From: Octopus sinensis | Lineage: Eukaryota | Reading direction: 5' to 3' | DNA length: 64,000 bases | Assembly (NCBI RefSeq): GCF_006345805.1 | Contig: NC_043005.1 | Span: forward strand, 2,542,001-2,606,000 | Part shown: positions 39,151-52,127 of the stretch, one piece after another | Layout: every line of letters begins with the position of its first letter | How positions within the stretch are numbered: the stretch's first letter is position 1 | The notes under the pieces: generated by a model | Told to the model about the DNA's origin: nothing | Seen by the model: only the letters and a program-made list of their open reading frames with translations | The model's database searches: none | Position numbers and translations under genes: made by a program

Positions 39151-42100
39151 TAACAACGAAAGAAAGAAAGAATGAAAAAAAGTAACAACGAAAGAAAGAA
39201 TGAAAGAATGAAAGAAAGAAAGAAAGAAAGAAAGAAAGTAAGAAAGAAAAAACGAAAGAAAGAAACAAACAAAGAAAATAAGAAAGAAAATAAGAAAGAA
39301 TGAAAGAAAGAATGAAAGAAGGAAAGAAAGTATGAAAGAAAGAATGAAAGAACGAAAGAAAGAATAAAAGAGAGAAAAAATGAAAGAGAGAAAGAATGAA
39401 AGTATGAAAGAAAGAATGAAAGAACGAAAGAAAGAAAGAAAGAAAGAAAAGAAGAAAGAAGAAAAGAACGAGAGAAAGAATGAAAGAGAGAAAGAAAGAA
39501 AAAACGCAAGAACAAAAGAAAGAATGAAAAAGTGATTGAAAGAAAGAGTGAAAGAAAGAGAGAACAAAAGAAAGAATGAAAGAATGAAAGAACGAAAGAG
39601 AGAATGAAAGAAAGAAAGAATGAATGAATGAATGAAAGAAAGAAAAAAGAAAAAAGTAAAGAACGAGAGAAAGAAAGAAGAAAGAAAGAATAACAACGAA
39701 AGAAAGAATGAACGAAAGAAAGTAACAACGAAAGAAAGAATGAAAGAATGAAAGAAAGAAAGAAAGAAAGAAAGAAGGTAAGAAAGAAAGAACGAAAGAA
39801 GGAACGAAACAAAGAAAATAAGAAAGTAATAAAGAAAGAATGAAAGAAAGAATGAAAGAAAGAAAGTACGAAAGAAAGAATGAAAGAACGAAAGAAAGAA
39901 TGAAAGAGAGAAAGCATGGAAGAAAGAATGAAAGAACGAAAGAAAGAAAGAAAGAAAGAAAAGAACAAGAAAAAGTAAGAAAGAAAGACAGAAAGAAAGA
40001 AAGAAAGAAAGAAGAAAAGAACGAACGAAAAAAAGAAAGAAAGCGAGAAAGAACGAAAGAAAGAAAGAAAGGAGAAAAGAACGAAAGAAAGAAAGAAAGT
40101 ATAAAAGAAAGAATGAAAGAACGAAAGAAAGAATGAAACAAGGAATGAAAGAAAGTATGAAAGAAAGAATGAATGAACGAAAGAAAGACTGAAAGAAAGA
40201 AAGAAAGAAAGAAGAGAACGAACGAAAGAAAGAAAGTATGAAACAAAGAATGAAAGAACGAAAGAAAGAATGAAAGAAAGAATGAAAGAATGAAAGAAAG
40301 AATGAAAGAAAGAATGAAAGAACAAAAGAAAGTATGAAAGAAAGAATGAAAGAAAGAAAAAAAGAATAACAGAAAGAACGAAAGAAAGAAAAAACGAAAG
40401 AGAAAAAGAAAGAAAGAATGAATGAAAGAAAGAAAAGAAAGAAAAAGAAGAACCAAAGAATGAATGAAAAACGAAAGAAAGAATGAAAGATAGAAAGAAA
40501 GAAAGAAACGAAGTATGAAAGAAAGAATGAAAGAAAGAATGAAAGAAAGAAAGAAGGAAAGAAGAAAGAATGAGAGAAAGAAAGACAGTAGAAGGAAAGA
40601 TAGAAAGAAAGAAAGAAAGAAAGTATGAAAGAAAGAATGAAAGAAAGAAAGAAAGTATGAAAGAAAGAATGAAAGAAGGAAAGAAAGAATGAAAGAAAGT
40701 AAGAAAGAAAGAAGAAAGAAAGAAAGAAAGAACGAAGCAAGGAAAATAAGAAAATAAGAAAGAATGAAAGAAAGAATGAAAGAAAGAAAGAAAGTATGAA
40801 AGAAAGAATGAAAGAACGAAAGAAAGAATGAAAGAACAAGAAAAAGTAAGAAAGAAAGAAAGAAGGAAAGAAAGAAAGAAAGATAGAAGAAAAGAACGAA
40901 CGAAAGAAAGAAAGAAAGAAAGAAAGAAGAAAAAAACGAAAGAGAGAAAGAAAGTATGAAAGAAAGAATGAAAGAACGAAAGAAAGAATGAAAGAAAGAA
41001 TGAAAGAAAGAAAGAAAGTATGAATGAAAGAATGAAAGAACAAACGAAAGTATGAAAGAAAGAATGAAAGAACGAAAGAAAGACTGAAAGAAAGAAAGAA
41101 AGAAAGAAAGAAAGAAGAAGAGAACGAACAAAAGAAAGAAAGTATGAAACAAAGAATGAAAGAACGAAAGAAAGAATGAAAGAAAGAATGAAAGAATGAA
41201 AGAAAGTATGAAAGAAAGTATGAAAGAACAAAAGAAGGTACGAAAGAAAGAATAAAAGAACGAAAGAAAGAATGAAAGAAAGAAAGAAAGAAAGAAAGAA
41301 AGAAAAAACGAAAGTAAGAATAAAGGAAAGAATAAAAGAAAGAAAAAACGAAAGAGAGAAAGAAAGAAAGAATGAATGAAAGAAATAAAGAAAGAAAGAA
41401 CCAAAGAATGAATGAAACGAAAGAAAGAATGAAAGAAAGAAAGAAAGAAAGAAAGAAAGAATGAAAGAAAGAATGAAAGAAATAAGAAAGAAAGAAGAAA
41501 GAACGAGAGAAAGAAAGACAGAAGAAGGAAAGAAAGAAAGAAAGAAAGAAAGAAACTATGAAAGAATGAATGAAAGAAAGAAAGAAAGAAAGAAAGAAGA
41601 AATGAACGAGAGAAAGAGATAAAGACAGAAGAAAGAAAGAAAGAAAGAAAGAAAGTATGAAGGAAAGAACGAAAGAAAGAAAGAAAGTATGAAAGAAAGA
41701 ATGAAAGAACGAAAGAATGAATGAAAGAAAGAATGAAAGAAAGAAAGTAATTATGAAAGAAAGAATGAAGGAAGAAAAGAAAGTATGAAAGAAAGAATGA
41801 AAGAATGAAAGAAAGAATGAAAGACAGAAAGAAAGTAAGAAAGAAAAAAGAAAAAACGAAAGAAAGAATAAGAGAAAGAATGAAAGAAAGAAAGAACGAA
41901 AGAGAGAAAGAAAGCAAGAAAGAAAGAATGAAAGAAAGAATGAAAGAATGAAAAAAACAAAGAAACCAAGAAGAAAAGAACGAGAGAAAGAAAGAAAGAA
42001 GAAAAGAACGAACGAAAGAAAGAAAGAAAGAAAGAATGAAAAACAGAAAGAAAGAAAGAAAGAATTAATGAATGAATGAATGAATGAAAGAAAAATGAAT

Positions 42101-45100
42101 GAAGAAAAAAACAGAGAAAGAAAGAATGAATGAAAGAAAGAAAGAAAGAAAGACGGAAAGAAAAAAAGAAAGAAAGAAGAAAAGAAAGAAAGAAGATATG
42201 AAAGAATAAAGAATGAAAGAACGAAAGAAAGAGAAATAAAGAAATAAAGAAGAAAAGAACGAGGAAAGAATAAAGATAAAAGAAAAAGAATGAATGAAAT
42301 AATGAAATTAAATAAAACCAAATAAGGAATGAAAGAATGAAAGAACTAAAGAACAAAGAAAAAAAAACAGAAAGAAAGAATAAATAAGAAAAAAAAAAGA
42401 CGAAAGAAGAATAAAAGAAAGAATGAAGAAATAAAGAACGAAAGAGAGAAGAAGAAAGAAAGAATGGAAGAAAGAAAGAAAGGAAGAAGAAAAGAACGAG
42501 AGAAAGAAAGAATGAAAGAGAGAAAGAAAGAAAAAACTAAAATATGAATAAAAAAACTAAAGAAATAATGAAAGACAGAAAGAAAGAAAGAAAGACAGAA
42601 AGAAAGAAAGAAAGAAAGAAAGACAGAAGAATGACAGAAGGATAGAAAGTATGAAAGAAAGAAAAAAGAAAGAAGAAAAGAACGAGAGAAAGAAAGAATG
42701 AAAGTATGAAAAAAGAAAGAAAATAGATCAAGACAAAGAAGCAAGAAAGAAAGAAGAAAAGAACGAACGAAGAAAGAAAAAAGAAAAAGAAGAAAGAAAT
42801 AAAGACAGACAGAAAAAATAAAGAAATAATGAAATAATGAAAAAAAGAAATAAAGAATAAAAGAAAGCAGAAGAAAGAATTACGAAAGAAAGAACAAAGA
42901 AATAAGCAAATAACAAGAAAAAGTAAGAAATAAGAAAGAAGAATAATAGATACGAACGAAAGAAAGAAAGAAAGCGAGAAAGACGAAAGAAAGAATGAAG
43001 AAAGAAAGAAAGAAAGAAAGAAAGAACGAAAGAAAGAAAGAAATTGTGAAAGAAATAATGAAAGAACGAAAGAATGAATGAAAGAAAGAATGAAAGAAAG
43101 AAAGACAGAAAGTATGAAAGAAAGAATGAAGGAAGAAAAGAACGTATGAAAGAATGAATGAAAGAACGAAAGAAAGAATGAAAGACAGAAAAAAAGAATG
43201 AAAGACAGAAAGAAAGTAAGAAAGAAAAAAGAAAAAACGGAAGAAAGAACAAGAGAAAGAATGAAAGAAAGAAAGAACGAAAGATAGAAAGAAAGCAAGA
43301 AAGAAAGAATGAATGAAATAAAGAAACAAAGAAACAATAAAGAAGAACGTTAAAGACAGAAAGAAGAAAAGAAAACTAACGAAATAAAAGAAGAATAAAG
43401 ACAGAATGAGAAAGAAGAATTATTGAATGAATGAATGATGAATGAATAAGAAATAAAATGAATAAAGAAGAAAGAAAGAAGAAGTATTTAAGAAAAAAAG
43501 AATGAAAGAACGAAAGAAGAATGAAAGACGAAATAAGAAAGAATAAAGATGAAGTAACGAAGAAAGAATAAGATATAAAGATAAAGATAAAATAACGAGC
43601 GAAAGAATTAAAGATAGAAGAAAGAAAGAATGAAAGAAGAATTAAGAAATAAAGAACAAAATATGGAATGAAAGAAGAAAAAACTAAGTAAAGAATGAAA
43701 ACAAAATAAAGAAATAAAATAAATAAAAATAAAAACTTACGTACGAAATAATTAAATAAAGAATTAAATAAATAACAACTAAATAAAATCATAAAGAAAG
43801 AATTAAGAAAGAAGAAATTAATGAGAAATAACTATAGAAATAAAGAAAAAACGAAATAAATAATGAATAAAGAAATAAGGAAATAAGAATAAGAAATTAT
43901 GAAATAAATAATGAAAGAAAGAATGAATTATTAAGGAATAAGAAATACATAAGAAAGACGATAGAAAGAAGAAATACAGAATAATTACAGAAAGATAAAA
44001 TATGAATAAAAAAGAAAGAATAAAGAAACGAGAAAGAAAGAATGAAATATGAAAAAAGAAAGAAGAATAGATCAAGAAAAGTAGCAAGATAGAAAGGAAC
44101 AAGAAGAAAGAAAGAATGAAGAAAGAAAGAACTAAGAAAGAAAGAAAGAAAGAAAGAAAGACAGACATAAAGAAAGAAAGAATAAATGACAGAAGAAAGA
44201 ATGAAATAAATAAAGAAAAAGAATGAAAGTAAAAATTATAAAGAATGAATAATGAATGAATTAATAAAGAAAGAAAAAGGAATGAAGAAAAAAACAAGAG
44301 AAACAGAACGATAGAAAGAAAGAAAAGAATGAAGAAATAATAAAAGACGGAGAGAAAGAAGAAGTAAGAAAGAAATAAGGATAAAAGAAAGAAAGATAGA
44401 ATAAATAAAGAAAGAAATGAATATTTAAGAAATAATAAGAAAGAAATAAAGTATGAAGGAAAGAATGATTGAAGAACAAAGAAAGATGAAAAGACAGAAA
44501 GATATAAAGAAGAAAAGAACGAGAGAAAGATTGAAAGATAAAAACAAAGAAAGAATGAGAGAGAGAATGAAAAAAGAATGAAATATAGAAAGACAAAGAA
44601 AGATAAAGTAAAAGAAGAATGAAGGATTAATAACGAAAAAAGGAAAACAAAAGAATGAGAGAAAGAAAGAAAAAACGAAAGTAAGAACGAAAAAAAGAAT
44701 AAAAGAATGAAAGAAAGAAAAAAGAAAGGAAGAAGGAATAAAAGAACAAAAAAAGAATGACGAGAGAAAGAAGAAATAAAGAAAGAAGGAAAGAAGACAG
44801 AAAAAGTATAAGAAAAAAAAGAAGAAAAAAAAAGTATGAAAGAAAGAATGAAAGAACGAAAGAAAGAATGAAAGAATGAAAGAAAGAAAGAAAGAAAGAA
44901 AAGAACAAGGAAAAGTAAGAAAGAAAGAAAGAAAGAAAGAAAGCGAGAAAAAACGAAAGAAAGAATGAAAGAAAGAAAGAGAGTAAGAAAAAAAGAAAGA
45001 ACGAAAGAACGAAAGAAAGAAAGAAAGTATGAAAGAAAGAATGAAAGAACGAAAGAAAGAATGAAATAAAGAATGAAAGAAAGAAAGAAAGTATGAAAGA

Positions 45101-47312
45101 AAGAATGAAAGAACAAAAGAAAGTATGAAAGAAAGAATGAAAGAAAGAAACAATGAAAGACAGAAACAATAAAAGAAAGAAAGAAAAAAGAAAAAACGAA
45201 TGAAAGAATAAAAGAAAGAATGAAAGTGAGAAAGAACGAACGATAGAAAGAAAGAAAGCAAGAACGAAAGAAAGAAAAAAGAAAGAAGAAAAGAACGAGA
45301 GAAAGAAAGAATGAAAGAAAGAAAGGAAGAAAGAAAGAAAGAAGGAAAGAAGAAAAGAAGGAAAAAAGAATGAAAGAAAGAAAGAAAGAAGGAAAGAAGA
45401 AAAGAACGAAAAAAAGAAAGAAAGACCGAAGAAAGAAAGAAAGAAAGAAAGAAAGTATGAAAGAAAGAAAAAAGATGAAGAAAAGATCAAGAAAAAGTAA
45501 TAAAGAAAGAAACAAACAAAGAAAGTAAGAAAAAAAGGTAAGAAAAAAGAAAACAACGAAAGAAAGACAGAAAGAAGGTAAGAATGAATTAAAGACAGAA
45601 AGAAAGAATGAAAGAAAGAAAGAAAGAGTTAATGAAATAATGAATGAATGAATGAAAGAAAAAGGAATGAAGAAAAAAACAAGAGAAAGAAAGAACGAGA
45701 AAATTAAAGAAAGAATGAATGAAAGAAAGAAAGAAAGAAAGACAGAAATAAAGAAAGAAAGAAGAAAACAAAGAAATAAAGTATGAAAGAAAGAAAGAAT
45801 GAAAGAACGAAAGAAAGAATGAAAGACAGAAAGAAAGAAAGAAGAAAAGAACGAGAGAAAGAATGAAAGATAGAAAGAAGAAAAGTACGAGCGAAAGAAT
45901 GAAAGATAGAAAGAAAGAAAGAATGAAAGAGAGAATGAAAGAAAGCATGAAAGAAAGAAAGAACAAAAGAAAGAATGAAAGAATGAAAAACGAAAGAAAG
46001 AATGAAAAGACAGAATGAAAGAAAGAAAGAAAGAAAGAAAGAAAAAAGAAAAACGAAAGAAAGAATAAAAGAAAGAATGAAAGAAAGATAGAACGAAAGA
46101 GAGAAAGAAAGAAAGAAAGAATGAAAGAAAGGAAGAAGAAAAGAACGAGAGAAAGAATGAATGAAAGAACGAAAGAAAGAATGAAAGAAAGAAAGAAAGA
46201 AAGAAAGTATGAAAGAAAGAATGAAAGAAAGAATGAAAGAAAGAAAGAAAGAAAGAAAGAAAGAAAAAAGAAGAAAAGAACGAGAGAAAGAAAGAAAGAT
46301 AGAAGAATGACAGAAATAAAGAAAGAAAGTATGAAAGAAAGAATGAAAGAAAGAAAAAAGAAAGAAGAAAAGATCAAGAAAAAGTAAGAAAGAAAGAAGA
46401 AAAGAACGAACGAAAGAAGAAATAAACTGAAAGAAGAATTAAAGACAGAAAGAAAAGAGAAAGAAAGAAAGAATGAAAGAAAGGAAGAAGAAAAGAACGA
46501 GAGAAGAATGAATGAAAGAACGAAAGAAAGAATGAAAGAAAGAAAGAAAGAAAGAAAGTATGAAAGAAAGAATGAAAGAAAGAATGAAAGAAAGAAAGAA
46601 AGAAAGAAAGAAAGAAAAAAGAAGAAAAGAACGAGAGAAAGAAAGAAAGATAGAAGAATGACAGAAAGAAAAGAAAGTATGAAAGAAAGAATGAAAGAAA
46701 GAAAAAAGAAAGAAGAAAAGATCAAGAAAAAGTAAGAAAGAAAGAAGAAAAGAACGAACGAAAGAAAGAAAGAAAGACTGAAAGAAAGAATGAAAGACAG
46801 AAAGAAAGAGAGAAAGAATGAAAGAAAGAAAGAATGAATGAAATGAATGAATGAATGAATGAATGAATAATGAAAGAAAGAAAAAGGAATGAAGAAAAAA
46901 CAAGAGAAAGAAAGAACGATAGAAAGAAAGAAAGAATGAATGAAAGAAAGAAAGAAAGAAAGACAGAAAGAAAGAAAGAAAGAAAGAAAGAAGAAAAGGA
47001 AGAAAGATAGAAAGAATGAAAGAAAGTAAGAAGAAAGAAAGAAAGTAAGAAGGTATGAAAGAAAGAAAGAATGAAAGAACGAAAGAAAGAATGGAAGAGA
47101 AAAGAACAAAAGAAAGAATGAAAGAATGAAATAACGAAAGAAAAATGAAAGAAAGAATGAATGAATGAATGAATAAATGAATGAAAGAAGGAAAAAGGAA
47201 AAAAAAGAACGTGAGAAAGAAAGAAAGAACGAAAGTAAGAACGAAAAAAGAATGAAAGAATGAAAGAAAGAAAGAAAGGAAGAAGGAATGAATGAGCAAA
47301 AGAAAGAATGAC

Positions 47313-47351
<39 letters not shown>

Positions 47352-47533
47352 AGAAAGAAAGAAGTAAAGAATGAAAGAAAGAAAGAAAGAAAAAAGTAAG
47401 AAAGAAAGATAGAAAGAAAGAAAGAAAGAACGAAAGAAAGAAAGAAAGAACGAAAGAATGAAAGAATGAAAGAATGAAAGAAAGAAAGAAAGAAAGGAAA
47501 TATGAAAGAAAGAATAAAAGAAAGTAAGAATGA

Positions 47534-47569
<36 letters not shown>

Positions 47570-47770
47570 CAGAAAGAAAGAAAGAAGGAATGAAAGAACG
47601 AAAGAAAGAATAAAAGAAAGAAAGAATGAAAGAGAAAGAAAGAAAGTAGAAAAGAACGAGAGAAAGTAAGAAAGAAAGAAAGAAAAAGAATGGAAGAAAG
47701 GAAGAAGAAAGAAAGAAACAAGGAAAGAATGAAGAAAGGCAGAAGGAAAGAGAAATGAAAAAAAGAACAA
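38575..47770. repeat. ~9.2 kb (GAAA)n-based polypurine array
   Basis: GAAA with GAAT/GAAC/GTAT variants throughout. Source of the F/S/L-rich giant pseudo-ORFs. Confidence 0.97.
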
Positions 47771-48132
47771 AGAGGGGAGAAAGGATGGAATCAAAGAAAC
47801 CCGCAAAATCGGAAATGAAAGGAATAAGTTGTGTCTGCCAACCGACTTCTTTATTTTTGGAAATGTGACGTTTTTAAAGAAATCCGTTGTTGGAGATTTG
47901 TTTAGTTTCAGTAGTGGCGGTGGTGGTGGTGGTGGGGATAATGGTGGGGAGGAGTGATTGGTTCTGTTGTCGTCGAGCTTTAGCTGCATCTCTACCACTA
48001 ATGCTCTTACCATCGCTGCTGTAGACTGGCCACTACCAGCTGTTGTCATTCACAGAAGCTGTTTACCATTTGTTGCTACCATTTTTTCTGATTCTGTTAC
48101 TACATCGACACCACCACAGCCACCACTACTAT

Positions 48133-48725
48133 CCTCCTTTAAGAAACAGATTGGGTTTATTTACATTTGTGAAGAAAAAAGATACCCTTCCCCCACCCCT
48201 AACCCTAACTTACCCTAAATCTAAAATAGATTGAAATGCAATAGATCTAGGGTTATAATTATGGGTGACAATTTCATACGACACCGCTACGGAAAATGGG
48301 ATTTTTTCTAGCGGTGTCAAATAAAAATGTCACCCATAATTATGGCCCTAGTATCGATCTATTGCATTTCAATCTATTTTAGATTTAGGGTTAGAGTTAG
48401 GGTTAGTTAAGGTTAGTTAGGGTTAGGGGTTGGGGAAGGCTATCTTTTTTTCTTCACAAATGTAAATAAACCCAATCTGTTTCTTAAAGGAGGGACATAT
48501 TCATTATGCACAGAATGTTATTTACTTAAATGGAGGCCAGCGATTGGTTAAAATTGCCGAAATGCTCGAAATTAAAGACGAAATATGTTACAACCTATAG
48601 AATTTTCTCAATATAGACAAGAGAAAATGATGTTTTATAAACACATTCTACCAGTATACGAAGTTTAAAACTTTTTAGTGACCTAGAAATTATGTTACCA
48701 AGTGCCGTTCAAAAGGAAAAGATCC
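48133..48725. mobile_element. Fold-back (palindromic) non-autonomous element containing TTAGGG-like repeats
   Basis: 48133-48290 is the inverted complement of 48308-48493. Sequence beyond 48493 has no left-arm partner, so the right boundary is tentative. Confidence 0.7.
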
Positions 48726-48828
48726 CATATCATCCTTTCTGTATTTTTGTTATATGTACCCCATGTCCTGTATTGTATTTTTATGTCCCCTCTTCATTCG
48801 GGCCATTGTGCTTATAATAAAGATTTTA

Positions 48829-48910
48829 GCTAGCAGGGCTCACTATCCTGGACTGATAACGGGTAAATACCCAGAAACATGCATGTCTTCAGGTGTGAAT
48901 CCTAGCTGGT
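48829..48910 (+). ncRNA. Degenerate type I hammerhead ribozyme (Penelope-like type)
   Basis: CCUGGA-CUGAUAA-CGGGUA AA UACCCA-GAAA-C AUGCAU GUC-UUCAGG, with extended bulged stem I and palindromic ACATGCATGT. Confidence 0.75.
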
Positions 48911-49056
48911 GGGGATGCTTGCCTCCCCTTCGCAAATATAAGGACACAGGAATGTGTCAAAGCCGACAGGAAGCGTCAATGCTTCCTAGGGCTAAACAAC
49001 GGTGGTATAATTCCCTTACGGGACTGTCACGTTATGTTGACAGTATACAACCACTC

Positions 49057-49095
<39 letters not shown>

Positions 49096-49115
49096 ATATG
49101 TGTATATATATGTGT

Positions 49116-49159
<44 letters not shown>

Positions 49160-49669
49160 AAGCGTGATTGCGTGTGGTGTGTGTGTGTGTGTGCGTGTGC
49201 GTGTGTATTCAATTCCGATTCCTACCAGGGCCATCTCTACGGTTTATAAGAATATGTGGCACTTTACTGACCAAGGAAAGATAAAATTCGTTAAGATCTG
49301 AACTAAAAACCTAAAGGGCTGTAAGAACATGCTGCAAGACAATTTGATCTTCGCGTTCTAGATTTTGCCATCATGCTGTCACATGATGAATATAAGAAAC
49401 AGGCATTAGTAATTGTGAGTGCGCATGCACATGGATAGGTAAAAGTGCGCGCGCGCGCCCTATTGCGTCTCAGAAATTCTTTATTCAATAAAACGTGTTT
49501 TGATTTTAAAAAATTAATTCCATTTACTGATTACATTTGATTCGATGTTGAGGTGCCGGAGGTTATATTTCTCAAGATATAATTAAGGGATTATTTCGTT
49601 CATGTGAACTTTTTCAAATGAAATATCAAAAGACCTTTACGCATAAACACAACTCGCCAAACCACAGCT

Positions 49670-49822
49670 ATGTATAAGTATGTATGTATTTATAATATAT
49701 ATTATATATATATTATACATATATTTATAAATGTATATATATATATATATATATACAAATATATTTATAATATGTATTATATATATATATACATATACAT
49801 ACACACACACACTCATATATAC

Positions 49823-49853
<31 letters not shown>

Positions 49854-49866
49854 TTACTATATATAC

Positions 49867-49930
<64 letters not shown>

Positions 49931-49993
49931 CGTTATATAATTAGGGCTTAGTAAAATAAATTACTTTGCCACATACATTCAGTATATATTTCA

Positions 49994-50033
<40 letters not shown>

Positions 50034-50035
50034 GC
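49670..50035. repeat. (TA)n-rich microsatellites
   Basis: Direct reading. Confidence 0.9.
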
Positions 50036-50296
50036 ACAACACATATACATACATACATACACAAACACATCCGTACGTAGACACATAAAAAGAAATCAAC
50101 CAACTGATTCGCACGTTACAAATACAATCTATAAGTGGAACAGTAAAAATATGCAAGACTTTTCCCAAGTTTAAAGTGTGATATTGTTTCTGTCATCTTC
50201 ACTTCCAAGGTGGAACTTTGTATCTTTGCTAGAAACCGGTTCCTTTCTCGTAGGAAGAATTTAAATGATTAAAAACAGGAGAGAACGTACGTACGT

Positions 50297-50327
<31 letters not shown>

Positions 50328-50424
50328 GATACAGATATGCGCGCGCTTACACAGGCACACACACACATACATGCATACACACATACATACATGCATACAC
50401 ACATACATGCATACATATATACAT

Positions 50425-50660
50425 ACAGCTGCCCTGTGGACACCAATGAGGTTGGGAAAATACAGGAGAAAGAGCGCAGCTATGCACCATTGATAAGGAA
50501 TTTGCAAATACAGTTCTAAAAATAGACTTTCAGCATCATACCTAATAATATTGGAGCAACAGGATACTTCACAACCCGTTTGGAGCAAAGTATGGCTGAA
50601 CTGGGGACCCCGAGGTCCCATACCAATACTAGCGATCCCCTTGAAGACTATGTCTAAAAG
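50425..50660 (+). mobile_element. RLE C-terminal fragment of a further R4-like LINE family
   Basis: SCPVDTN..KIQEKERSYAPLIRNLQ, then FSIIP/IIGATGY. Parallels the SIP..N....EK..KY..L...IPIIVGALG pattern of the other families. Confidence 0.55.
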
Positions 50661-51033
50661 AAACCTTCCAAATATTAATATATAATTCGCCGCAATTACT
50701 AAATAAACAAAACGAAGCGTTTTCTATATGTTGTTATAGGTCCTATCTATTTCTATTTCTTTATTGCCCAAAAGAGGGTTTAACATAGAGGGGACAAACA
50801 AGGACAGACAAACAGATTATATATATGTATATATATATACAAAGAGGGAGAGAGAGAGAGTTGAAATTTATAGAGAGTGGACAAACGAAAGAAGGGCTCA
50901 CAACAAATTTATTAGCAGTTACATGCATGGATCAAAACAGTCGTCAGCCATTTTGATTCAAAGTGACTGACCGACTAGCATTACGCCTGAAACTCAAGAG
51001 TACCGACGAATGTGAATCAAATTGCTTTGATCC

Positions 51034-51114
<81 letters not shown>

Positions 51115-51121
51115 GTGAGTG

Positions 51122-51765
51122 CACGATCTGATCAATAAGTATGCCGATTCTTTCCATAGTAGAATGAAGGCGCTTGGCAAAGATTGACCTTAAACTCTGC
51201 CGTGCATGTGCAATAAGTTTTAACAGCTCACTTCCGCTGTTTACAGTAGTGTTTGGAAGGAAGGTGTGTTGCATGTGATCGTCGCATTGACAATGACAGA
51301 GAAAACTGTCATGGTGATACTTGCTCAGAAAGTGTATGGAGAGGAGTGTTTGAGCTTCACACAAGTGTACGCGTGGTTCAGACGTTTCCAAATTGGCCGA
51401 GCAAATGTCGATATTGACGAACGTTCTGAGAGGCCAGCAATCAGCAGAACTGAGAAAAACATCGCAGTTGCAAAAGATCTCCTTGATTGTGTCGAGAACG
51501 ATGAAAAAGTTTGAAAACTTTGCGCAGGCCTCTAAGCAAGTATCACCAAGATTTTGGCAAAATTTGATGCAGATTCTCTGCTCACCTTTCTCTGTGATGG
51601 TCAATGCGACAACCACACGTTACACACCTTCCTACCGAGCACTGCTGTAAACAACAGAACAGGGCTGGAGCGTTAAGACTTAGTGTGCATTCACATCAGA
51701 GTTTAAGCTTAATCTGTGCCCAGCAGCTTTGTTACTGTGGCAACAGCAGCTTTGTTACTATGGCA
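51122..51765. mobile_element. Non-autonomous mariner built from two inverted 5' ends
   Basis: + strand encodes VYGEECLSFTQVYAWFRRF..GR...DERSERP; - strand encodes EQRICIKFC. 51150-51305 is an inverted match to 51585-51765. Confidence 0.8.
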
Positions 51766-51865
51766 ANNNNNNNNNNNNNNNNNNNNNNNNNNNNNNNNNN
51801 NNNNNNNNNNNNNNNNNNNNNNNNNNNNNNNNNNNNNNNNNNNNNNNNNNNNNNNNNNNNNNNNN
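51766..51865. other. Assembly gap (100 N)
   Basis: Run of N. Confidence 1.
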
Positions 51866-52063
51866 NAGCAAACCGATAGAATTTCTAAAAAATTCCGTTA
51901 TTACCGTATTGGTCCTAATTTCAGAGTTAATTCATAAGAATTTTCTCCTCCTCAGCGATAAATACGTAAGACATAAGTGAAATACTTACTCAAACCGATG
52001 GAAAAAGCAAGCACCAAGTACCCCAAATATATCCAAAATAGAAAATCTTCAGCACGTCTCGAG

Positions 52064-52117
<54 letters not shown>

Positions 52118-52127
52118 GTAATAATAA

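Noticed and set aside
38522-48049. Giant ORFs (up to 1257 aa) on the minus strand
   Set aside because: Translations of (TTTC)n, which lacks stop codons; composition is almost only F/S/L.
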